64,000 nucleotides of DNA from Candidatus Poribacteria bacterium (GTDB lineage Bacteria; Poribacteria; WGA-4E; PCPOR2b): contig OZ242351.1 of assembly GCA_965208675.1 (NCBI GenBank), forward strand, positions 384,001 to 448,000. The letters are read 5' to 3'. This document shows positions 28,253-37,025 of the stretch, piece after piece (position 1 is the first letter of the stretch; the number at the start of each line of letters is the position of its first letter). The notes below the pieces were generated by a model, which was given only the letters and a program-made list of their open reading frames with translations, had not been told where the DNA came from and searched no databases. A program made the translations under genes and the position numbers.

Positions 28253-28380
28253 AAAAAAAAGCGAGGCTGCACCTCTTTCAGCGCCCTCGCCTCGCCAATG
28301 AGAATGTATTCTTTATATTATAAGTGAACCAGTGCCGCCAATTTTGCTCAATTATACACGATGCGAAATGCATGTGTTAA
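28253..28380 (-). ncRNA. putative ~90-nt small RNA (promoter + terminator, no ORF)
   Basis: TTAACA-18-TATAAT (28380-28351); GCGAGGC..GCCTCGC stem + T8 (28295-28253). Confidence 0.4.
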
Positions 28381-28453
28381 GAGGAAACGCGGTAGTTAAC
28401 CCTTATAGGTTGAGTTGAGCAGGCTCCCTAAACCCAAGTTCTCCTCTTACTCA

Positions 28454-28897
28454 TTACTCATGACTTCTCAGGTGTTCAATGTGGTTCTGGTTAAGGACGC
28501 TGATTTCGTCTCGCACGCCGCTGATTTCGTCTCGCACGCCGTTGATTTCAGCTCGTACATCGCTGATTTCAGCTCGTACATCACTGATTTCGGATTTGAA
28601 TTCAATTCTTAGTTTGCCAATCTCGCTTCGCACGTCGCTAATTTCAGATCGAATTTCGTTTCGCACGTCGCTAATTTCGGAGCGCATTTCGGTGCGTATC
28701 TGAATCATTTCGGTTCTGACTTCATCAATTCGATTCCCTAGGCGTTCTCCTTGCTGCTGGAAATCGTCGTTTTGCTTGTCCATCCGTTTTTCAAGTTGTG
28801 CCGTGCGGTAGAACAAGACGGCAATCTGGCCTATAAAACCCACGACAACAACAATCATAAGGATTGTATGCGATGGTGACCACGTGCCGAAGTCCAT
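28454..28897 (-). CDS. N-terminal TM + heptad/hendecad coiled-coil repeat protein
   Basis: AGGAGG RBS; repeats of EISDVR with a 21-nt tandem period at ~28496-28590; ends LNQNHIEHLRSHE. Confidence 0.8.
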   Translation of the reverse strand: MDFGTWSPSHTILMIVVVVGFIGQIAVLFYRTAQLEKRMDKQNDDFQQQGERLGNRIDEVRTEMIQIRTEMRSEISDVRNEIRSEISDVRSEIGKLRIEFKSEISDVRAEISDVRAEINGVRDEISGVRDEISVLNQNHIEHLRSHE

Positions 28898-29047
28898 TGA
28901 TTGCGCCTCCTGCCGTACTTTTTTCGCTCAACAAGACATTGGGAATGCGTGTAGAAGCGTATCGATTATCTTAGGGCAATGTGTGCCCGACATGAATTAG
29001 TTTTGCGCGGCCGTTAGCTTCACGATGTTTTCCGTTAAGTTAAATTA

Positions 29048-29076
29048 AGTATATCATAATACTAAACAAAAGTCAA
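29048..29076 (-). promoter_or_regulatory. sigma70 promoter for 28454-28897
   Basis: TTGACT-17 nt-TATACT. Confidence 0.6.
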
Positions 29077-29290
29077 CATATTGCGATGGAGTGTTGCTTT
29101 TTTAGGTTGGGTTGAGATCGACGGAACGATTAGAAAAGGCATTAGCGAATACATAATGAGTGAGATATCCTTCTTTTATTTCTCACTTTATCAGAACCGC
29201 TCAACCAAAGCCGCAATCCAAAAGAAACCGCAAAATATGAACAACAGATAACCAACTACTGGTTGCTGGCCGTCAACGTAAAATTTTAAG

Positions 29291-29319
29291 TTGACATAAC
29301 ATAAATTTACCTATATAAT
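29291..29319 (+). promoter_or_regulatory. consensus sigma70 promoter
   Basis: Perfect TTGACA-17 nt-TATAAT. Confidence 0.75.
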
Positions 29320-29530
29320 ATTAAGTAATGAGGTGTAAGATAGCCGGTATTCGTTAAAACCAGGTTACTTGCCGTACGGCATTTGCCACTGTTTCTAAGC
29401 TAGCGGTAAATACGAAATTTACGTGGAAAATCCTTCAATCGAAAATGAAGAAATCTTAAAAACACCGATGAATCGAAGGAAGGCCGCTTTGACTATTGAC
29501 GCAGTTGGTTGCAAACGTAGAAGGAAAAAA

Positions 29531-30285
29531 ATGCGCATGAAGATAAAGTTGTTCTGTATTATGTTGGCGGTGTCGTCTAGTTGGGCTTACGCAAAACCTA
29601 AGTTTGAAGATATAAGAGTGTTTGAAACCTCCAGTCGGGGGCAATTTTTGTTATTAATGGAAATGAAAAGGCAATCTTGTCGTCCCCTGCAGGAGTGTTC
29701 GACATTAAGTGTTTACAGCAAGGCATACCTAGAGGTGTCTTTTTTATTGGGGGAAAGAGTATAGTACATATAGAAGAAACATCGTGGAATAAAAGGGAGC
29801 AGGGCTATCCTGCACTTTTTGAAAATGAACGCGTGGTGTTTAAACCATTGGATGTTTTTCCGAAGAACACCATTCAAAACGTCAAGTTACTGCACAATTC
29901 AAGGAGATTTAGTGTTTACGAGAAAAACGCTTCAGTAGTCGTTTTTGACATAGATACTAAGAAAGTTGTAGAGGCCGAAAAGAACACCTCCTCTGGAAAA
30001 TCATTTAGAGATGGGTCAATGACATTTCTGATACTAGATGAAAGTAAAGTACAAATGTACGGAAATCAGGGAAGTGACCCTATAGAATTTTATAGAGACA
30101 AGAATTGCCTAATATTTACGGAGACAACGCCGGTTGGAAGCAAACATGTTTTCATAATTTCAGACAAATATGACCCGAGTGAAATGGGCTTTAAATACAC
30201 CTATGTGAGAAACACTTTAAATATAATCTTCAGCAACGAGTTGATTCGCACAACTTCACATGGAATAGTAAAGGTAGATTATTAG
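29531..30285 (+). pseudogene. AT-rich secreted protein split by a frameshift near 29637-29641
   Basis: Signal peptide MRMKIKLFCIMLAVSSSWAYA after an AAGGA RBS in one frame; the long downstream frame is open from 29626. One extra base in the G5 run would fuse them. Confidence 0.55.
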
Positions 30286-30601
30286 ATAACTAATCTAAGG
30301 AAGGAAACTCAAATGAAGTGCCGGATACAAGGCAACTCGCCGCAATCTAGCGTGAACGAATCCAATACTCCATAACGCGGCATAAATTCACGATTTGAAC
30401 AAAGAGTGCTTATAGTTTGGGATAAGCGAATTACGGCGAATGTACACCAAACGCAATAAGCCGCGCCGAATTCAAAAAGAGCTAATTAAAAATTGCGCTG
30501 CATCGTACACTTAATCATACAATCTGAATTTACGAATCGCATACGAAACACTGTGCGCTTTTAAATATCTCCGCGCAACCCAATCTACAAACTCTACTAA
30601 A

Positions 30602-31024
30602 TCAAAACATGCGTTCACCTGGAAGCGCCGATGCTTGGAGAAGCCAACGCGCCAATAACTCCTCGTCGAAAAGATCGTCCTCGTGGATATGAAAATAGCG
30701 CACCGCCTCATGTTTGGATTCAACGGGCGGCACGGGTTGCAGCGATGCGCCGTTTAGGAAGGTTACCTTGACATACTTCGTGAAGCAATGGAACGAGAGG
30801 AACCAACCTTGCCCTTCGATTCCATAGAACGGAGAGTTCCACCTCACCGCTTTGCGCACTACGGGCACGGTGCGCACAATGAGTGCATCGAGGCTGCGTC
30901 CCACGTCCTGTTTCCATCCCGGCATGGCTGCGATGTACGCCTGGACGGGTGCGTCGCCGTCACCTTTTGGAATTTGCGGGTTGCCGCCTGAGAGAAGTTT
31001 CGGTTCGGATGAGTTTATCATCAT
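30602..31024 (-). CDS. DUF1801 (YdhG-like) protein
   Basis: LLSGGNPQIPKGDGDAPVQAYIAAMPGWK and KAVRWNSPFYG. Confidence 0.85.
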   Translation of the reverse strand: MMINSSEPKLLSGGNPQIPKGDGDAPVQAYIAAMPGWKQDVGRSLDALIVRTVPVVRKAVRWNSPFYGIEGQGWFLSFHCFTKYVKVTFLNGASLQPVPPVESKHEAVRYFHIHEDDLFDEELLARWLLQASALPGERMF

Positions 31025-31349
31025 TAATATTGTACCATATTACGATCGTTTTGTCATTCGCGCAAAATTTACCGTGGTTATGGGAAAATATTCCAGCGCT
31101 AAGGATGAATTGAGCGCCGAAAATCATCAATTTTACATACTTCCGAATCGTTTGTGCAGGCTGGGTAGCGCAGTTTTATCGGCACTAGTGAAAAAAATGC
31201 ACGGTTGTTATCTGTTGATTGCGTTCAACATGTGATTGCGGGTAGTAAAAGCAACGTTTTTCGGTTTCTCGGACGCTTGAAAAGCGTTGGATTTCGCTAC
31301 ATCGTTCACTTAATGAAACCATCCGGGACAACTCAAATCGCATAAGAAT

Positions 31350-31554
31350 TAGGGCGTGTTGACATTTGGCATCCCGTAGGTTGAATTGGACGGTTAAACG
31401 GCAGTCGCTATCAAGTACAAAGGAATCTTTTGTAACATAATCTGTTAGATTGTGATCCGAGCCCGCAAACTAACAGTTTGCGCTACTTATATCAGATTAT
31501 CCAATGGTGACAATGTTTGCCGAATCAGTAGCCTCAAAATGTCAACAGAACCTA
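31350..31554. mobile_element. MITE-like non-autonomous element
   Basis: TAGGGCGTGTTGACATTT / AAATGTCAACAGAACCTA terminal IRs (15/18); contains the GTAG-type palindrome cgcaaactaacagtttgcgctac. Confidence 0.55.
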
Positions 31555-31597
31555 GTGCGCGCTTAAAAATAGTTCCGCTCTATCCAACCTACTAGCA

Positions 31598-33529
31598 CTA
31601 CCAACCCCACTCAGTAAAATACGGGAAGATTCTGTAAACATGCTGACCGCGTATCTCGCCGAAGATTGTCCATAAGCTGCCGATAACGTGTTGGCCCAAG
31701 ATTATTCCGATAAAGAACGGTACCATGCGCCGATAAAGCTGAATCCCGCCGAACTTTAGAATTACCCACTTAATCAGCCACGCCGCAAAGACTGAAAACC
31801 AGATTCCGCCCATCATCCAACCGCAAGCCACGGCATAACCGACGGGATGGAATGGGAATGCAAGAAATCGTTGATGCAACAGGCGAAGGACGACAGTGAT
31901 ACCCGCACCCAGCCCAACGTCGCGAAGCATCGGATAGTTCTGATCGCGCGGGTGTTTAATCCAACTGTCCAGCATTCGGAAACCGTTGTCGCCGATATTG
32001 TGGTAGACGTTGTCCGCGCCAAAGCGGTACATGTTGTCGAGCAGCGCCCAAAAACCGGCAAATGTGCCAACAATTGAGGCGATAACCATTGCAATTAAGA
32101 AATGGCGGCTGCGGGCATTTAGCAATTGCGCCATCTTGAATGCTTCAATCTGATGACCAACCGGATGGGAGCGGTATGCGCGGCACATCCAGAACAGATG
32201 GCTGAACATGGCGATATTCGTCACCCCGATACGCCGTGAGCCGAATACGTTCAATAGCATCTGATCCGGCCCCATAAACTCGGCGTCGTGTGCTGCGGGA
32301 CCTATCTCGGCACGAATGCGAGCTATAGCAACGGCGTAGAGAATATATACGAGTAGAAACAGAAGCACGACCCACGCGGACATGCCGGCGTATCCGAGGA
32401 ACACCGCCATAGACACTACACCAAGCACGATGCCGATGATAGCCGATCGGTAGCTCATTGCCTCGTTTGCGGCAGTTTCAGCCGTTTTGCCGCGGACAAC
32501 CTCTGTGACCACTTGCTTTAGATGGTTTCGTGCAGACCACAAAGGTAAAATTGCTAAGACTATCCAAGCCCCCGCAGTTTGGTAACTTCGGAATGGCCCC
32601 GGTGTTGCCCAGATGCCCACCGCATCTCGATACACTAAGTCCGCCTTCCAGAAAAGATGGAAGAACCAAGCAGAAAACGCCAGATTCAGCGGCAAGAAAT
32701 AAGCCATCCCGACCACGAAAGGGTAAACCGCCAAGGGCAGCCAACCGACAGCATTCCACGGCTTTTCGGTGAAGAATCTGCCGAGATTGTAGATAGGTGC
32801 AAAATTCGGTGCTGCGGGCCATAAGCCGTGCAGCCCGTTGATGAAGTCAAATGCGCCGGCCAGCCCGAATCCTAGCCACAACATGCGGTTGGAAAGCAGC
32901 CCGGTGCCGCCCTTTGCCATCTCCATCGGTAGTTGTATAACTGGATACGCAAGTTTTTCATTTTCTGTCCACTGTTTGCGAATGATTACGTTGATACACA
33001 CAATTACGAAAAAGAGGACGATCAGAAAACCGCCCCAAGATAACGCCGGGACTATCCACGGCATGATATGTTCCGAGATATAGAGAGACGTTTCGCCGTG
33101 ATGGTAACCTAGGAGCGCTGTCGGGTCGTAGACGGTTGCCCATTCGGGTACGTGCCTGCCGAAAAGCGTCATCCATTCGTTTTCTGGCGTCACAAACCAA
33201 AAGCTCGTGAGGTGCTGAACCATGACGAGCAATAGGTCATGTCCGAATATGCCGGTCGCTATGGCTGTCATCACATATATGATGATGAGTTCTACGGGTT
33301 GAAAGGCGGCGCTGGGTGCGAATTTGTTAAGAATGGCGTTTAACACCAGCAGCAGGAATAGGGTGAATGTGACGTTGTAAAATAGTGTGAAGAGTGTCGA
33401 AAAGACGGGCTGATAAATGGTTTCAGCGAGCGTCAGCCAATACAAATTGATAGGGATGAGGAGGGCGCCGGTAATGAGTGCACGGTATGAAATAGAGGTA
33501 GGATTACGAGGGGCAGATCCAGCTTTCAA
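31598..33529 (-). CDS. DUF6785/DUF6784-type putative peptide transporter
   Basis: Many TM helices; RKQWTENEKLAYP, RIRAEIG, PFHPVGY, PFFIGIILG. Confidence 0.75.
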   Translation of the reverse strand: MKAGSAPRNPTSISYRALITGALLIPINLYWLTLAETIYQPVFSTLFTLFYNVTFTLFLLLVLNAILNKFAPSAAFQPVELIIIYVMTAIATGIFGHDLLLVMVQHLTSFWFVTPENEWMTLFGRHVPEWATVYDPTALLGYHHGETSLYISEHIMPWIVPALSWGGFLIVLFFVIVCINVIIRKQWTENEKLAYPVIQLPMEMAKGGTGLLSNRMLWLGFGLAGAFDFINGLHGLWPAAPNFAPIYNLGRFFTEKPWNAVGWLPLAVYPFVVGMAYFLPLNLAFSAWFFHLFWKADLVYRDAVGIWATPGPFRSYQTAGAWIVLAILPLWSARNHLKQVVTEVVRGKTAETAANEAMSYRSAIIGIVLGVVSMAVFLGYAGMSAWVVLLFLLVYILYAVAIARIRAEIGPAAHDAEFMGPDQMLLNVFGSRRIGVTNIAMFSHLFWMCRAYRSHPVGHQIEAFKMAQLLNARSRHFLIAMVIASIVGTFAGFWALLDNMYRFGADNVYHNIGDNGFRMLDSWIKHPRDQNYPMLRDVGLGAGITVVLRLLHQRFLAFPFHPVGYAVACGWMMGGIWFSVFAAWLIKWVILKFGGIQLYRRMVPFFIGIILGQHVIGSLWTIFGEIRGQHVYRIFPYFTEWGW

Positions 33530-33668
33530 ACAATCACCGGTGTGAGGGTTTTCAAACGTCTTAGCACAAAGGTGGAATGGGACGGAGCGTCGTTAAAAAT
33601 TTCACAATAAAGGAGCGCGTCATTCTAGCACACAAGATTACACTGAACAACCTAAAAGAGATGTTCCA

Positions 33669-33697
33669 TTGACCGTTCTATCGGGCTATGCTATACT
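33669..33697 (+). promoter_or_regulatory. sigma70 promoter
   Basis: TTGACC-17 nt-TATACT with TGn. Confidence 0.5.
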
Positions 33698-33952
33698 GTA
33701 ACTTCTGCACTAAATGTAACCATTTTTGGCTGTAGGCTGATACGTATTCCGTTTGTTTCAGTAAAATCGAAATTCATTTTTGCTTCTCGGCAGGTTCGGT
33801 TTTTCAGCCGAACCGGCATTCATTCAGTCTCGTAGGTGCGGCTAAATCCGCACCAATCGAAACGCATATAAACACCAATGGAATTGACTGTAAATCGTAA
33901 TATATTTCTTTAAATCGAATCATTCAAAGGAGAAAGTTGCAAAGGAAATTCT

Positions 33953-36421
33953 ATGAAGAAGACGAATTCAATGTTAATTTTCGCGGTGTTAATTGTAGTT
34001 GGTACGGGACTGCAAGCAATCAACCCCAACGCTTCGGGCGGAAGCGAATCAGGGTTCACCGACAATACTCTCATCTTCGGGCGCGGCGGAGATTCGCTTA
34101 CGCTGGATCCCGCCCTGTTGACCGACGGAGAATCGGCAAAAGTTTGTGAGATGCTGTATGACACGCTAATCCAATACAGAGATGAAACCACCGAACTTGC
34201 ACCTGCATTAGCGGAAACGTGGGAAAGTTCCGCCGATGGGTTGACGTGGACGTTTTACCTGCGCCAAGGTGTCCAATTCCACGACGGTACACCGTTCGGT
34301 GCGGACGCGGTTGTATTCTCGCTCTCTCGTGCGAACACCGTATTTCGTGATTTCCATGCTGAATTCATCAATCAGATTATCGCACTGGATGCGTATACTG
34401 TGCAGATACAACTCAAAAAATCCTACGCGCCTTTCATTAGCACATTAGCAGGGACATCGTATTCTATCGTGAGCCCGGACGCCGTTCAACGCTACGGTGA
34501 CAATTTTGGAGATGTTAACGCCGTCGGTACAGGCCCCTTTAAGTTCGTCCAGTGGGATAAGGGCGACAGCGTCGTCCTTGAAGCAAACGAGAATCATTGG
34601 GCGGGGCGGCCGGCGCTGGATCGGTTTATATTTCGGTCCATACCGGATAACTCGGTTCGGCTGATGGAGCTTCAGGCGGGCAATATCCATGCTATGGAAT
34701 TCCCCAATCCTGAAGAGATACCGGTTATTGAAGCCGATCCACTGATTGAACTAGTCACGCAATCCAGTTTGAACGTCGGGTATTTAGCCATGAATTTCGA
34801 CAAGCCGCCTTTTGACAATTTGAAGGTGAGGCTTGCCATCAACCACGCCATAAACAAACCCGATATTATTGAACGGCTCTATCAAGGCACAGGCATACCC
34901 GCGAAGGGGCCGATACCGCCAACTCTCTGGAGTTACGACGAGGCTATTCAAGACTACGAATATAATCCGGAACTTGCAAGGCAACTTCTCGCTGAAGCGG
35001 GATTTCCCGACGGTTTTGAGACCACGCTCTGGGCATTACCGGTACCGCGCCCGTACATTCCGGATGGCATGGCGCTAGCGGAAGCGTTACAATCCGACCT
35101 TCGGGAAGTTGGGATAGAAGCGGCGGTCGAAACGTTCGACTGGGGTACATACATTGATAAGACCAAAATCGGCGAGCACGATATGGCAATGTTAGGCTGG
35201 ATTGTATCAGAGGGCGACCCAGACAGTTTTTTCTACTATCTGCTGAGCAAGACCTACGCGGAGAAACCCGCTTTCAATATCGCTTTCTATCGCAGCGACG
35301 AAATGCAAGATATACTGGATCGAGCGAGAACCAGCACTAATCGCGGGGAACGTACTGAACTCTACCGGCAAGCGCAAGCGATATTCCACAGAGACGCACC
35401 GTGGGTGCCGCTAGCTCATGCCCAAAGGCTTCTTGTGGTCAATTGGCGAGTGAAGAATCTTAGGCTTGCTCCTACAGGATGGAAATACCTTCGCAGTTTG
35501 TCGTTGGAAGAAGACACGACTTCGCTTTATGTTTCGTCGCTCTCTCAAGGTCTCAACACGATTTCCATTCCCTTGCAACCCGATACGCCGATGAACGCTC
35601 GGACGCTGTCGGATATGGTCGGCGCAACGGCGGTCATTACCCTAGACGCCGCCAACCAACGATTTGTCGGTTGGACACCCGACGCACCTCACGACGGATT
35701 TCCGATTGAAGGCGCAAACGGCTACATCGTCAACCTACCGGAAGCGCGGGAGGTGGCATTCGTCGGCAAAGCTTGGGCAAACCAAGCGCAAGCCGCCGCC
35801 GCACCAAGCCTATCGCACAACGCCGACACGTGGGCGTTTGTGGTTAGCGGGTACTTAGAAAGCAGTCGAAACCTAGGCGGCTATCTCGTCACGGTGCAAA
35901 ATTTAACCACAGGCGATGTCATGACAGGGAGTGTGAGAGACGGTTACTTCGCCGCGGCTACTGCAAATCTCGCACGCCAGAGCGTGGTGAATGTTGGCGA
36001 CACTTTAGAGGTCACCGTCACCGATACGACCGGCGAAATGGCTTCGAAGCCAGTAGTTTTCACGGTTACGCGCGACGCGCTCCTAAACGCAGTACTTCCC
36101 GTAATGCTTGATGGCGTAGGCGTACCGAAGCAAACGATGTTATTGCAGAACTATCCTAACCCGTTCAACCCTGAGACATGGATACCGTATCACCTTTCGG
36201 AGGCAGGCGATGTGTCGATAACTATTTACGATACGGTGGGGCAACGTGTTCGGATACTATCGCTTGGCTTTCAGTCGGAGGGTTACTATCAAAGCCGTTC
36301 GCTCGCCGCCTATTGGGATGGACGGAACGACTTGGGTGAGCGGGTACCGAGCGGTATTTACTCCTATCACCTCTCCGCCGGCGATTATACTGCTGCGCAG
36401 CGGATGGCGATTGTCAAATAG
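33953..36421 (+). CDS. family-5 (DppA-like) solute-binding protein fused to a FlgD-Ig/T9SS-type C-terminal module
   Basis: LAPALAETWESSADGLTWTFYLRQGVQFHDG, GTGPFKF, VRLAINHAIN; then GLNTISIPL...LLQNYPNPFNPETWIPY. Confidence 0.88.
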   Translation: MKKTNSMLIFAVLIVVGTGLQAINPNASGGSESGFTDNTLIFGRGGDSLTLDPALLTDGESAKVCEMLYDTLIQYRDETTELAPALAETWESSADGLTWTFYLRQGVQFHDGTPFGADAVVFSLSRANTVFRDFHAEFINQIIALDAYTVQIQLKKSYAPFISTLAGTSYSIVSPDAVQRYGDNFGDVNAVGTGPFKFVQWDKGDSVVLEANENHWAGRPALDRFIFRSIPDNSVRLMELQAGNIHAMEFPNPEEIPVIEADPLIELVTQSSLNVGYLAMNFDKPPFDNLKVRLAINHAINKPDIIERLYQGTGIPAKGPIPPTLWSYDEAIQDYEYNPELARQLLAEAGFPDGFETTLWALPVPRPYIPDGMALAEALQSDLREVGIEAAVETFDWGTYIDKTKIGEHDMAMLGWIVSEGDPDSFFYYLLSKTYAEKPAFNIAFYRSDEMQDILDRARTSTNRGERTELYRQAQAIFHRDAPWVPLAHAQRLLVVNWRVKNLRLAPTGWKYLRSLSLEEDTTSLYVSSLSQGLNTISIPLQPDTPMNARTLSDMVGATAVITLDAANQRFVGWTPDAPHDGFPIEGANGYIVNLPEAREVAFVGKAWANQAQAAAAPSLSHNADTWAFVVSGYLESSRNLGGYLVTVQNLTTGDVMTGSVRDGYFAAATANLARQSVVNVGDTLEVTVTDTTGEMASKPVVFTVTRDALLNAVLPVMLDGVGVPKQTMLLQNYPNPFNPETWIPYHLSEAGDVSITIYDTVGQRVRILSLGFQSEGYYQSRSLAAYWDGRNDLGERVPSGIYSYHLSAGDYTAAQRMAIVK

Positions 36422-36445
36422 CCTATCTCGAGTTGGAAAGGCAAA

Positions 36446-36937
36446 TCAACCGCCTACCTTGACTCGCGCCCACAGTGTTAATCGTTTTAACTTTGGGTGG
36501 ACAGAAGAGGTTTTGTCGACTGGGTGCCCCGCCTGTTCCCAAGCGAAAAACCCACCCAACAGTACCGCAACATTCTCTCGCTTAAAGCCGAATTTATCAA
36601 TTAGCTGGCGTGCCGCACGGACACTGGTGGCTTCAGCCGGTCAGCTTCAGTAAAATACGACAAACGGCTCATTTTTGAGCTCCTGATGCCTCGCAGAGAT
36701 GTCGCCAATCGGCATAGAGATGGCATTCCGAATATGGCCGTTGTCGTAGGCACCTTTGATACGGACATCTATAATCACGACATCATCGCCTGCATCCAAC
36801 CGGGCTTTGAGGTCCGCGACCGTAATTCGCTGCACATCTTCTTCAGGGGGCGCTTGAGCAATCGAAAGTGACGCGAAAAACGTTTGAAGGAGAAGGACGG
36901 TCAACAGGAAGAATATGCACCTATCTGTTTTTTTCAT
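36446..36937 (-). CDS. secreted rhodanese-like protein, probable double selenoprotein (TGA at 36647-36649 and 36641-36643)
   Basis: IIDVR...YDNGHIRNAISMP...VVFY-TGA-S-TGA-PAEATSVRAARQLIDKFGFKRENVAVLLGGFFAWEQAGHPV... The rhodanese C-terminal signature lies only after the two TGAs; 163 aa to the TGA at 36446. Confidence 0.85.
36610..36624 (-). promoter_or_regulatory. candidate bacterial SECIS hairpin
   Basis: GTG-T(bulge)-CC-GTGC-GG-CAC starting 16 nt after the second TGA; possible lower GCTG/CAGC stem. Confidence 0.45.
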
Positions 36938-37025
36938 CGGTTTTTCTCCAAGTGTTGGGTTTTGACATTTGTAATTTTAAGGTGTTCGTCGCCTCAGTGT
37001 CAAGAGTTTTCTGACATTCGTCAAA

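Noticed and set aside
28496-28690. CRISPR-like or DGR repeat array
   Set aside because: These are tandem coding repeats of 21/33 nt without spacers; there is no cas or reverse transcriptase gene in the window.
26615-36649. Genome-wide TGA reassignment (genetic code 4/25)
   Set aside because: Many conserved genes (recG, purL, ugd, DUF1501) end at TGA at their expected termini.
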